Shown here piece by piece: positions 13,068 through 26,100 of a stretch of DNA of 64,000 nucleotides; within the stretch, counting starts at the first letter, position 1, and each line of letters starts with the position of its first letter. Source of the stretch: Diadema antillarum (lineage: Eukaryota). The translations under genes were made by a program, and so were the position numbers. The notes beneath the pieces are model-generated. The model saw nothing but the letters and a program-made list of their open reading frames with translations. It had not been told where the DNA came from and ran no database searches. The stretch covers positions 1-64,000 of the forward strand of contig NW_027272223.1 in NCBI RefSeq assembly GCF_040938485.1. Direction: 5' to 3'.

Positions 13068-13644
13068 AGGGCTTTTTACACTTGTAAAATTTTGCTTAGC
13101 CCCGGACCAACGGTGGGGCTAAGGGGGGGGGGGGGGCCCTTAGCCCCACCGTTGGTATGGGACTATCCTTAGCCCACTTTCTGTTTACACTCGTTTTTGC
13201 CAAAGTGGGCTAGCCCCACCGATAGTACGGTACTATCTGGCCCTGCAAAATAGCAGGGGTTAGCACCGCAATTGCGGTGCTAGCACCGCAATTGCGGTGC
13301 CAAGCAAGTGAGTGTAAACAGAACGAAAAAATAATCCTGGGCTAAGCGACGGAGACGAAGTCCGACCCTCACTGACCAATCAGAAACGAGGTAATCAAGT
13401 GCTGCCGGTGCGTGCGTGTATTACGTGTACAGTACACAGCGTAATTATGAATATTCATGTGGTTTGGAAAGTCCGGGGCTAAGAAATACGAGTGTAAAAA
13501 GGTCAGTTTTCTCCTTAGTCCCGGACAAGAGATAGTACGGGACTAATTGGCGAGTGTAAAAAGCTGAAAAAATTGGTACGGGACTAACGATAGTCCTGGG
13601 TCAGAGAAAGTCCGGGGTTAAGAAACACAAGTGTAAAAAGCCCT
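13068..13644. mobile_element. MITE with (A)GGGC termini (PIF/Harbinger-like)
   Basis: 15 bp TIR AGGGCTTTTTACACT / AGTGTAAAAAGCCCT, with repeated internal TAGTACGGGACTA and TAGCCCCGGAC motifs. No clean target-site duplication is recognisable. Confidence 0.65.
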
Positions 13645-13953
13645 TTTGCATCCACTAAAAAGCAAAGCTTGTCGGACGTGGATCGCTAGATAAATAATGA
13701 GTAAATGATATACTATTCAAGTATTTGATATAAGTTATTCAAGTCATTTATAACAATATACATGTAGTTATTTGAAGATACATAGGTCGGGAGAAAAAAA
13801 AAAGAATACCAATGCTAATGCCCGGACACTGTTCACTGAACCACGTGTACCGGGAAAATATGACAAGGACAACACATTCGTACACACACCCTATAGATGT
13901 CCCCAACCCTAATCCCAATCCTGAACCTAATCCTGACCCTAACCCAAACCCTT

Positions 13954-14083
13954 NNNNNNNNNNNNNNNNNNNNNNNNNNNNNNNNNNNNNNNNNNNNNNN
14001 NNNNNNNNNNNNNNNNNNNNNNNNNNNNNNNNNNNNNNNNNNNNNNNNNNNNNNNNNNNNNNNNNNNNNNNNNNNNNNNNNNN
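13954..14083. other. Assembly gap (130 N)
   Basis: Run of N next to the CCTAAC hexamer repeat. Confidence 0.98.
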
Positions 14084-14515
14084 ATAACATAACACTTAAG
14101 ACAAACATGTTTCAAAGCACTTTACAATTATCAGAAGAAAACAGACATATAAATCAGCGACGAATACAAATAATCAACAATACGTTGTCATTAGAACTGT
14201 TCTTGAAATAAATGGGTTTTGAGTTTCTTTTTTAAAGTGTCAATGAAGGTGATGGAGGACTGAATAATTAGGAGGGAGATTGTTCCAGAGAGAAGGGGTG
14301 CACAAACGGAGAAAGCAAGGCCACCATAACGGTTGTGGGTGCAAGGGCCAAGTTTGAGCTGAGCTGTAGACGATGATCTGAGGTACATGCGTGTAGCCGG
14401 TCTGGGTTTCGATGAGATTAGATGCGTCAAGTATGAGGGCGAGCGGTTATGGATGATAATGTAGGGGATGATGAGAAAGATATTAAACTTAATTCGTTGT
14501 GGGATTAACAACCAG
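14084..14515 (-). mobile_element. L2-type LINE 3' fragment
   Basis: The minus-strand ORF 14191-14511 contains YLRSSS..RYGGLAFSVCAP..LKKKLKTHLF, a typical L2 ORF2 C-terminus. It is followed by a 3' UTR with TGTAAAGTGCTTTGAAAC. Confidence 0.7.
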
Positions 14516-15178
14516 TGTAGATTGCGGATGACAGGGATATATTCCTCAACCTAATCCTATCACTCACCGGTATTTATGCTGGGGATGTCCTGGGGATGTA
14601 ATTGTCCTGATACGCTCTGGAATTGTTTAATTACTGCTTTGGAATTTTTCATTGAGTCTGTAGTCGAAAGTCTTCTTTTGCGAAGGGTATGATCCGTTTC
14701 ATTGCCCCATAGAGCCAATGATGATATAATTTTAGGAGGACAAAGGAATTAATCAGAATTTATCATATTTTTTTTAACTTATTGAAGCTTGCATTTCATG
14801 TAACTTTAAAGAACATTTAAGGACCCCGCACCTCTACCAGAAAAAAAAAAAAATGATGGTCAGGAGCAAATTTTTAGAGATTTGATGTGTGCCAATATTA
14901 AGGCTGAACCAAACCATGTCATCAACAGGTTCAAGATCGCTGTAGTTAATCTGGTGGGGAGATTATTTTTGCTGTTATAGTATAGCCTTGTTTAGAAATG
15001 TGGTAATTTCATTATAGAGATCATTATCAACCAAAGTCTTTTCAATTTGAAAGTATATACTCGATGTATAGCAGTGCGTCGAGGATAGATCGCGCGAGAG
15101 CAGTTTTTGCGCGGCATTATCGTCAAATCAATTTGAAGGGGTGCACCCTCTATAATTTTCTTGAGTGCTGATATTACA

Positions 15179-16725
15179 GGGCTCACACGGGTAAATAATT
15201 CCCCATAGAGACGTGTGTTAAAATTCAAATTTCAAAAAATTCTGTAAAATAGCTGGGAGAAATGAGTTGTTTCATCTTCACTAACCTGAATAAGTGAGAT
15301 ATACCCTTTTATCCATCAGATTTCCAGGGTGGATTGTTCTGCTTTAATTCTGTCCAAGGGTCGGCAAAGCCAGACTACGAGTTCTTGTCACTCAAAAAAT
15401 CACCTATTTTCTGTACACGTACCCAATGAAATATAGTCCCCTCAAATTCCATCAGAGAAGCTTTCATCTTCCAACCAAAATGCAGTTTGTAGAGGAATCC
15501 ATATGTCTACAGCTATTCAGTTTTTTGCCGAACTACATCATTGATTTTTAATTAATTTTTTTCTTCATTTATTTTGGTGTCTTTGGTACGAATTTGTGAA
15601 GGGGTCTGGGACAGTCCATTTCATTTACAGGTGTGAGCCCTATAGTGGAGGTCATATTTCTTATTTGACTTTTTAACATCACAAATGTGTTTTTGGTGAT
15701 ATTTGCCATTACATCATATGAGAAATTACACATTCAAGGCTTATAAAGCTTTTCAAAGGGGACACTTTTGAAAATCATGGCCTTTGGGTTTTTTTTAATA
15801 CATTCTTGCAGTGTTGATCAGTTCTTCATAAGATAAATACATAGATGCAGGCAGTTATCCTTGATTATGGGGGTGTCATCATCACCTTATTGCCTACAAA
15901 GTACTTGAAGAGACTTTGTTTTGTCAAACAGACTAACTTTATGTATTTTGAGCTGTTTCAGTGGTAGCCAAAACAAAGAAATACATTAGAATAACACAGT
16001 CATTCCAAGTTGTGTGATACTGCTGACTGCTACGTACTAAGATCTAGTACCTGGTACCACAAGAACATAATAAGAAAACAAATTGTCGCAAGGCAGAGTG
16101 GGGGGGGGGTAGAGGAGAGGGGTAGGGGGTATGGAGGAGAAGGGGGAGGGAGGGAGGAAGAGATCTGACACAATACAAGACCAACATACACCAGCAGAGC
16201 TTGTATGGGATGTATACTTCCCATAGACTTGCATGTATTGCGTGCATTCTCTATAGGGCTCACACGGGTAAATAATTCCCCATAGAGACGTGTGTTAAAA
16301 TTCAAATTTCAAAAAAAAATTATGTAAAATAGATGGGAGAAATGAGGTGTTTCATCTTCACTAACCTGAATAAGTGAGATAATACCCTTTCATCCATCAG
16401 ATTTCCAGGGTGGGTTGTTCTGCTTTAATTCTGTCCAAGGGTCCGCAAAGCCAGACTACGAGTTCTTGTCACTCAAAAAATCACCTATTTTCCGCACACG
16501 TACGCAATGAAATATAGTCCCCTCAAATTCCATCAGAGAAGCTTTCATCTTCTAACCAAAATGCAGTTTGTAGAGGAATCCATACTCAATGTCTACAGCT
16601 ATTCAGTTTTTTGCCAAACTACATCATTGATCTTTAATTAATATTTTCTTCATTTATTTTGGTATCTTTGGTACGAATTTGTGAAGGGGTCTGGGACAGT
16701 CCATTTTATTTACAGGTGTGAGCCC
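15179..16725. mobile_element. Compound insertion: two direct copies of a ~465 bp MITE (15179-15640, 16256-16725) around a 615 bp spacer
   Basis: Each unit has GGGCTCACAC...GTGTGAGCCC termini. The outer flanks are TACA/TACA and the inner flanks TATA/TATA. The paralogous intron of copy 1 has a single TACA (5530-5533) with matching flanks. Confidence 0.8.
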
Positions 16726-18746
16726 TACAGTGATCGCAAGGAGGATCTTTTTCATGGATATAAGCTTTCACTTTATTATAAATACAGATAAAATAACTGC
16801 AAGAACAATATGTTTACAGAACCAGCGCATACTGCAGAGACTTCAGGTCTTCCGCGTTAAGGACATTCTCTCAAAATCTCCAGCTTAACGTTAGCTTTCT
16901 CACAAAATATGAATATCATACAGAATAGTTTGCACGTATAGTACACTAACGCTCACTTTCATGGCAGAGGATCACAAATATTATAACATGACCTGCATTT
17001 ATTTGTGAGCGCTATGGAAAATAAGCTGATTGAACGATAAATGAGGTTGATATCCCGTTTTGATCGCACTTTTATGTTACTGCAACTAATCAAAATAATG
17101 TAAAGGTCAGAAATAGGATAAGCAGCAATATTAATGTTGATAAAAGAATGGTGGGATTTTTTTTTTTCCTGCGGAAAGACTGAAGTCACTTGTTTTCTTA
17201 TCTTATCTTTTTTTCTTTTCTGTTTTGTTTGCCTATTTGTTTGTTTGTTTGTTTGTTTGTTTTTCCTTTTGCTATTACCTGTACTGTCGGCAGAGCAATT
17301 ATCCGCGAAGTGTCGGCGGAGCAAATGTCGCGGAGTATTGTCGTGGGGTATTTTTGTCGCAATTTTCGGAGTTATGTTGTCGGCGGTGCTACAGCACCTT
17401 CGCTGTCTTTCTTTATACAACGATTATCGGGTTAGTTTTTTTTTTCTCTCTCTCTTCCCGTCTCCTCTCTATATGCAGGAATGCACAGCGGGCTCCCCTG
17501 GTCCTCCTGGACCACCGGGGCCGCCCGGGGAGCAAGGCGAGCCAGGTGCCCCGAGCAGCGTGTCCAAGAACTGGAGGCAGTGTTCGTGGTGGCAGATTAA
17601 TGACGGTCAAGATTCCGGCCAAGTCAAGGTGAGGCGACCACAACGTAACTAGAAAACAAACAAAAACTGCTGAATTCTTTGTACTTCCTTTATGCGTGAC
17701 GTCACGAAATGTTGTAGTCTTCTCTCCCAGCGTTGCCGGCACCGAAAATTTGAAAATTCATAACTTTTGAACGGATCGTTCCATTTTCCTCAAACTGTAC
17801 TGATGTGTAGGCCTCTTAATATTGTTACATTCACTCATTGATAAAACCTGGGTTTTTATTCTCGTTGAACACAGACATGTAGTTTCACCAAGGAGTATTC
17901 CGACACGTACCTATACGTGGCTTGGTCTGGCAACCTCCGGGTCGCAACAAACAACCCGGCCTGTTGTCGGTGGTACTTCACTTTCAACAACGCGGAATGC
18001 TCCAACCCCAATCGGATTGAAGCAGTCACGTACGCCGCTGGATACTCGAGCTACAACCTTCACCGTCCCCGAGTTTTGATGGGTGAGCTATATTGTCAAA
18101 CAAGTCAAAAATGTACCGTAAAACTCCATCCCATAATGCATGCTTCAAGCGACGTTATAACATAAAACAGAACAACGAAAGTTTCTTTAAAATCCGGGAA
18201 AATACTCAGAAAACGACCGTATCATGGATTCTATTTTTTTTTTTTCGTGCGATTCAAAGGCAGGGTAAGAAATTTAATTATCCTGAATTTGACTACCTTT
18301 TTTATTTACGTTTAAGTTTTTATCATTTATTAACTATATTTTTTTGCACAATTCTTGGTTTGTTTGTTTGCCAGGCTATTGTAAAGGGATCAGTGCCGGG
18401 AGTATCACCGTTGGGTTCTGGGTCGGAGCTTGCAGTGGTTATGGGAACTATGACTGCGCCACTGGTTGGAATAGCGCAAGCCACATTATGATTGAAGAAG
18501 TCACTCCATCACCCTATGATTAGAAACACGGACAAACGAACAAACACAAAAGGAAGGATCGAGAAAATAATTATGAGATATCGTAATAGTGGTTTATCTA
18601 TAAACGTAGAGGGCGTCAATGGAGTGAGCACACAATTTTTTGCTTGTCTCAAAAAGGCATCTAATTTTTCCCAAATCGAGTCAAAAGGACACATTCTGTG
18701 GAACTCACGTAAAGCCTGCTTTGAAACATCGACGTAAACTTTCAAA

Positions 18747-19730
18747 ATGGACCAGCAGCTTCAGAAAAGACCAAAGAGGCTGGCCGCCACGAAACCGAAA
18801 AACTACGGCACAACTCACACCATCCGCAAGTCGCCTGTTACTAACTCGAAAAGCCCGCCAAATTCAAATACGTTGCCCGGGTCTGCTGCCGTCGCAAGCA
18901 CCTGTAGCCCTGGAGCTGAACCAACGCCCACACCTACGGCGCAGCAGGAAGACGGCGCTTCGTACATCGCTGAACCTGATATTCAAGACAACATGGCCGC
19001 CATGGACGACTCTGAAGTCCCGCTCGCACCACCTGATATCTCCGACTCCATCCTGTCTCCTATGTCCCTGAAGCTTGATGCATTCTTCACATCTACAACA
19101 GAAAAATTTGAACGCATGATCAGAAACGCGGTGGATAGCTTCATTTCAAAGCTCAGTGACTTGGAAGGAAAAATTGGTGCCTCCTTGGAGTTTGAGCGGG
19201 AAAGAATCGACAACCTGCAAACAAATCAGTCCAAGCTGGAGGAGAGAATGGAGAAAATGGAAAGAGAAATGGAAGAAATGAGAGCCAACGTGAGCAGAAA
19301 CGCAGCAGCTGCAAACAAGAGTGAGCGGTTCCTGAGGAGGAATAACTTCCGTCTTGTTGGAATACAGGAGGTTCCATTGGGTCAACGGGAAAATTGTGTC
19401 GACATCGTAGAGGAAGTCCTGCGAGAGAAATTTGATATGAGCTGCAAGGTGGAAAGAGCCCACAGAGATGGACGACGATCCGAAGGCAAGCCGAGACATA
19501 TCCTGGTCAAGTTGCTCTCCTACAGGCAGAAAGTAGATGTGATGAAACGTGCGCGTGAAGTCCTGAAAAACGAGCCATATTTTATGGTTGATGATCTCAC
19601 CCCAAGCGACCTACAGGAAAAACAGAAACATGTCAAGAAAGTCCAAGACCTGTACAAACAAGGTACTAAACTTCGATTTTTTGCAGGAAAGTGGCGCCAA
19701 ACCGGTGGTGTCCCATTTAATTTTGAGTGA
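18747..19730 (+). CDS. LINE ORF1 protein (coiled coil + L1-type RRM/CTD, 327 aa)
   Basis: Heptad-rich segment followed by RRNNFRLVGIQE..VERAHR..PRHILVKL..DDLT, the motif series of L1/transposase-22-like ORF1p. Confidence 0.85.
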   Translation: MDQQLQKRPKRLAATKPKNYGTTHTIRKSPVTNSKSPPNSNTLPGSAAVASTCSPGAEPTPTPTAQQEDGASYIAEPDIQDNMAAMDDSEVPLAPPDISDSILSPMSLKLDAFFTSTTEKFERMIRNAVDSFISKLSDLEGKIGASLEFERERIDNLQTNQSKLEERMEKMEREMEEMRANVSRNAAAANKSERFLRRNNFRLVGIQEVPLGQRENCVDIVEEVLREKFDMSCKVERAHRDGRRSEGKPRHILVKLLSYRQKVDVMKRAREVLKNEPYFMVDDLTPSDLQEKQKHVKKVQDLYKQGTKLRFFAGKWRQTGGVPFNFE

Positions 19731-22700
19731 GGATTCTCTTTACACCACTTAAACTTACCTTACTAAATGTAGGTTTAAATTTTCAAGACAGGCAGGAATC
19801 CGTTTAACAACCATGTATTGAGTGTATAATTCTGATAGGGAATCAGAATTGTATATAAAAGTTGACGCTGAAAACTTATGTTAAAATTTCTTATAAGACA
19901 AACCGACAGTTTTAAAAATAACTGGTACTGATGCAGTGCTTATATACTCACCTTTTTTGTCCTCAATCACTTTTGGGTGATTGAAAAGTGATTTTGAAAT
20001 AGAAGGATTTTTTTTTTCTATAACATGGAGTGATAAAGTAGAAAAATTACAAATTTACCGTATTTGTTAAAAAAAAAAACTTTTGATCTTCATGCCATGG
20101 CATGATTGCTTATTTTTTTTATCTCTCCCATTCTTGTTGCATTGATAGGAACTGAATAGTTGTTGTTTTTTTTTTTGGATAAATTAGCCTGTCTGTAATC
20201 TTAAGATATAATAAAACAGTCACGTTTAATATGAACGTATTCATATTCTGTAAGTATTATTACTAACGGTAAAAACGGTGACCTATAAACGATTATCTAT
20301 AATTTGAATAAGCCAAATGTTTATTAATTTCCGATTCTCTTTCGTTAAAAGAAACAATAACCAGAGTTAAATACGGATGCTCGGACATTTGATATAAATT
20401 GTGTAATTTGTTTTATGGAGTTTTGATATTGCATCCAATCCGTTGTACAAGCTCAAGCTGGTTATACACTAGCTGCTTGGCATTCAGATAATTTCCTGAC
20501 ACCATCCTATCATGGCAACATTTACTGAATAGAATGGAGTTACTGCATGGATATCTGACACAATATGACAGGTGTACGTAAAATTTTCAGTCATATTAAA
20601 GGAACATTCACTATGATTGTTGTTATAGTTGTTCTATGATGTAAATTCATAAAACATTCTAGATAATGTACATGATTTTTTTTTCGGAGGGCTTCTGCAA
20701 GCGCTATGTTTGATAACATACGCTTGTAATTAGCTGATTTGTGTTTTTTTTCTTTGAGTCATTACAGTCGAAATGCAAACAACCATAATCGCCTCCTACA
20801 ATGTATTTGGCCATCCAGGACCGACTATACAGTCTCTCAATCTGTTCGCCCCCATCAGTATTTATTTATTTTTTTTTTTTGCATAATTTTGCTAGGTTGT
20901 TCTCATGTATCCATTGAGATCATCGCAAAAAGAAAAAGAAGCTATTTCCCACTTGTTACAACATGCTGTGTTTTTCACTATCCTTTTTTATTTACAGCTG
21001 CATGACGGCAGGTGCTCGTTATTGAGTCACTATAGCCCTGTTGTTTTGATCCTTGGTATTCCATCATAGCTAAAACGAAACGGTTGTTTAAAAGAAATGG
21101 ATCAAACAGGACACAAATTTTATAACTGTTGTTGACCATCACTCAAATAACAAGCGATACACCTTTGCAAAGTTTTCACGGTGACTTCATTTTTTTTTCT
21201 TTCTCTCAATGGAAAAAAAAATATATCAAGTTTTATGAGCTATAAATGAATTTCTTTAGAAGAGCTGTTTTTATATAAACTGTTCCTCTTTCTCATTTAT
21301 AGATGCAATAACGGCTGTAAATTTGAATTTCCATTTTGTTGCACCCATACAACGTCTATCTGTTTGATGTAAGTTGTATGTATAGCAGTGTCCTAGTTGA
21401 CTTGAAGTTATAAATAGGAATACTCATCTTCTACTACACCATTATACGGAATAGTTCTTTAGTTGACTCGTAAAACTGATGTGCATGTGCAATCTATAAA
21501 GCAAGTCACATAACGCACGTTTATGACTAGGTCGTCTACGTGTACATTACGAATGTCATTTACGAATATTTCTCGCTTTTTTTTCTCAATGACATGTCTA
21601 CTTTCATTTATGCAGAAACGTTAGCCATCAATCATTTTCTTTTTCCCCGCAACTCGAATATATAATGTTTCTTTTCCATACACGAGCGCAACTATATTTA
21701 TAGTTATGGTAGACATGATCCACGTTTTAGTGAACTATTGTACAAAGCGACTTACTGCCGATTTTCTCCGTAACTTTGTTTTCTCAAAGTTTTCCATGGT
21801 GTTCAGTAAAGCTGGATAAATAGGCCACAGAAATGTCCGTCCTCAATTATGATATTTGTATCACACGATATTTACAGAACGCCCTCGGAAATTTGCACTT
21901 TGTTCATTCTTAATTTCCTTTTCATTTAAGTAGTATTTTTACTTATACGATCATTACTGGTCCCTGTCATTGATGATTATCTACTTACCTTGGCAACGCA
22001 ATCGGCTCTTTAATCAGTGATTATGAACCCTACCCCATAGTTTTTGTCTGCCGTGGTTGCCCCTCGTGACACTGCAACGACGGGGTCCCTCTGAAATGTA
22101 TTGTCATACGGTTCCTTTGTTTGTTAGAATTTTGTTCGAGAATGCGGGCATGTGAGTTCGATTTGCAAATTCTTGTTTCGTGTAAGCCTCTGCTTATAAA
22201 CAACCCAGTATTTGCATGGGTCGTTGTATCATGGACTCATATATAATCAAACGATCTGATTTTTTTCTCATTACTATTATCCTTATAAGTTTGCATCACA
22301 ATGTCAACCTGCCACACACACACACGCATCTCATAGTTATGCAGTTCTGTTATAATGTTAATTTGAACAGATTGCAGTTGTGTTAAAATGTTATATAATA
22401 GAGATCTGTGTACGGTTGTCTGACACCGGGAAATTTTTTCCAGTTATGTTCTGAGTCTGTAAACACTCTCCTAAAACTTCTGGCTTTGTAGCTCTTTTCT
22501 TTCTCAATAGTGATTCGTTCATCGACCCCAAGAATGTTCACGGCTACTCTTCATTTGTTTGAGCTTACGTGTGGGTAGGTTCTATTTGTATGCTGTTCAC
22601 ATTAATGGAGTCGTGGTCACTTACCCTGTGTCCCGGTATGCAGCCTACTACATTGGGATAAAGAACCCTTTGTTTATAATGTGAACAGTCATGTATTATA

Positions 22701-23192
22701 TGTATGCATGACTGTCCCATTAAGTTATCCAGTTAAGTTTTATTCCCACTACATATGATTCTGATTACCTCACAATAATCAAGGAATATAGTTTGATATA
22801 TTTGATTTCTTCCCTTTTTTGCGTATACATGACTACCTTTTCCGTGTTTGCTACTGTTTACTAAAAAAAAAAAACCCGTTAACGGTGTTTAGTTGTCCTT
22901 TTTGTCCCCTACTTTGAAAATTTATCTGATTTGAGACTAGCAATGTTCAATTCTCATGTTACGACACGATTTGCGTATGTATGTATGTTGTCTTTCTGTC
23001 CTTCTTTCTCTGTCATCTTCCTTATGTTTGTCCTCTCTCACCTATCTTCTTTTTCAGAATTCTATGTTTATGTGTATTTGCCTACTCGCTGTTCGATTCG
23101 CGAAACCGGAATTGTTTGTGCTTCACCTACATGTATGTCAAAATATCTTATACCTCAACCCCGGCAGTTGATATGCTTTCATTTTGGATTTT

Positions 23193-26100
23193 ATGCTCCT
23201 CCTTATGGCTAGTCAACTCAATTCAGCGTTTGATTCCCTTAATGATGATGAACTCTATGATTTGTTTAGATGCTCCCCTACAGAATTAAGTTGGATAAAT
23301 TCACGTTCTTCCGCTACTTTTGATAACCTCATTGCCAATAATGTTAATTTATCTTCGAAAGATTTATATGATGATTACGATTGTGAATATGATTCCTCCC
23401 ATATTTCTTCAAAGTATGTTACAGTTGATCAATTCACAGATCTTGTCAAAAGTTTTTCAGAAAGTACATTTTCAATGTTACATCTGAATATCAGTAGTAT
23501 AAATAAGCATTTTGATGATTTACAGATATTATTAGGTAATCAAATGAAAAAACAAATTTCTGTAATAGGTTTAACGGAAACATGGTTATCTTCTGATATT
23601 AATTTACCATACGCATTAAATGGTTATGAGTTAATTGTCAATAATAGAGTGAATAGGACGGGTGGGGGTGTTGCGTTTTATTTATCACAGAAATTTGAGT
23701 TTACTGTTTGTGAGGAATTACAAATTATGAATGATACTATAGAGTCCTTGTTTGTGGAAATTTCCATTCCGCAAAATAAAAACATTATTGTTGGTATTGT
23801 TTATAGACCCCCAAGTTCTAATCCTAAAGATTTTTTGAGTTGTATTGTAAATTTATTGAAAAATCCCCTGTTGGTAAATAAAAATATTTTTATAATGGGT
23901 GATTTTAATATTGATTTGATTAAAAATGACGATAATACGTCACAAGAATTTTTTGAAATATTTTTGTCAGCCTCATATTTGCCATTAATTTCGAAACCCA
24001 CACGTGTTACAAATCATTCCGCCACCCTTCTTGATAATGTTTTCACTAATGTATTGCAAATTTTAAACTCTTCTATTATTTTATCTGATATGACTGATCA
24101 TTTCCCTATTATAGCGTGTTTTGATCTCGGGTATTCGGTAGATAAATTTGGTTTTTCTCCAACCAGACGTAGAGCTACACCAGAAAATTTGGCTCGCCTT
24201 GGTGCTAGCCTAGAAAGGGCTGATTGGTCTAGTGTTTACGATAGTGATGACGTTAATATATCATTTAACAATTTTTCAGGGATAATTAGTAATTATTTAG
24301 ATGAGTATATACCTAACTCAAAAGATAAGTTAGTTATTATAAAACATCCCCCAGATTTCCGTGGATATCAAAATCTCTTCTTCGTTCAATCAATAGGAAA
24401 AATAGGCTATATTATAAATTCAAAATGGAAAAAACTGAGAAGTCAAAAGAAAAATATACTTCCTATAGAAATACTTTAACTAAGATTATACGGTTAGAAA
24501 AGAGGAAATATTATATGTTTCAGTTAGAAAAATATAAACATGACTATGAAGAATACATGGAAGGTTTTGAACCAGGCCATGAATATATCAAAAAAGAAAT
24601 CAAATATTACAACAATAAGATATGGCAACAAAATATATGAAGATCCAAGTGACATAGCTAATATTTTTAACTCTTATTTTTCAATGATTGGGGAGAATTT
24701 GGCTAGAAGGGTACCACAGTCAAATACGCATTTTTCAACATTTTTAGGTCAACCAAACCCAAGTTCCATCTTTTTTGTTCCAACTACGAAATATGAAGTT
24801 ATTGATATTGTTACTGCAATGAATGACAAGCGAAGTGCTGGTTACGATGACATAAGTAATTTTAATTTAAAGGGAATTATATTTTCAATCGCTGACCCAC
24901 TTTCACATATTTTTAACAGATCTATATCATGTGGTGTTTTTCCTGATTTTATGAAAATAGCTAAGGTTTTCTCTTTATTAAAAAAAGGCGATAGTTCTGA
25001 TATGAGTAATTACAGGCCCATTTCTTTGCTTTCATCTTTATCTAAAGTTTTGGAAAAATTGATATTTAAAAGAACAATTAATTTTTTAACTTTTCATAAC
25101 GTTTTTACAAATTCTCAATTTGGGTTTCGACAAAAACACAGTACCATTCATGCCCTTTTGAAGTTTATCGACCACGCAGCGCATACTATTGATAATCATT
25201 CCCATCTTATTGGTATATTCCTGGACTTCTCCAAGGCCTTTGACACAATAAATCATGAAATCTTATTTTACAAGTTGTCTCATTATGGGATAAGGGGGAA
25301 GGCCTTGGAGTGGTTCAGGAGCTACCTGCAAAACCGCAAACAATACGTATCTCTGAACGAGAACGTTTCAAGTCTCGAATTCATTAAGTGTGGCGTCCCA
25401 CAAGGTAGCTTATTAGGTCCTTTACTTTTTATCATTTATATCAATGATTTTTGCAGATCATCCGACGTGTTGTCATTTATACTTTTTGCTGATGATTCAA
25501 ATGTTTTCTTTTCACATCAAAATCCAGATGAACTCGTGCACATTGTTAATTCCGAATTAAAAAAAGTGACCCAATGGATAAGAGCTAACAAATCATCTCT
25601 TAATCTTTTGAAAACTAAGTATATGTTATTTAGTAACTCTACAGAAGTTTTACGTAAAGAGATTATTTTTGATGACATTCAAATAGAACGCGTATCTCAT
25701 ATAAAATTCCTGGGGATTACAGTAGACGATAAATTTTCATAGAGGCCGCATATTATTAACATAAGTACAATAATATCACGTAATATTGGAATCATTAATA
25801 GACTTAAGTTTCATATTCCATTGTCTTCTTTGCTGACGTTATATTTCTCTTTAATTTTACCTTATCTTAACTACGGTCTTTTAGCATGGGGTAACGCTCA
25901 TCAAACTTTACTAGATAGATTACTGGTATTACAAAAAAAGGCATTTCGTGTTATTTGTGGCGTCCCGCCACGTTCCCATACAGATCCATTATTCACTAAA
26001 TATAAGATTTTAAAAATTAAAGATTTGTATTTTTTTCAGCTTGGACAGTTTATGTTTAATTTCAACACAAATGCACTTCCCTGTATATTCAATTCAATGT

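Larger units (their letters stand above)
11733..18523 (+). pseudogene. CTHRC1: CTHRC1-like copy 2 with a premature stop at codon 5 (probable young pseudogene or null allele)
   Basis: Exons 11733-11864, 17479-17628, 17875-18082, 18375-18523 with intact splice sites and the same lengths as copy 1. Exon 1 reads ATG AAG TAT AAC TAA (TAA at 11745-11747) where copies 1 and 3 have TTA. There is no other in-frame ATG in exon 1. Confidence 0.8.

Noticed and set aside
15179-16725. LTR retrotransposon or TRIM (direct repeats around an internal region)
   Set aside because: The repeats lack TG...CA ends, no primer-binding site or polypurine tract was seen, and each repeat has its own TIRs.
17134-17478. 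Long hydrophobic N-terminal extension of the 172 aa ORF 17134-17652
   Set aside because: It is intronic T-rich and (GTTT)n sequence upstream of the acceptor at 17478; only 17479-17628 is exon.
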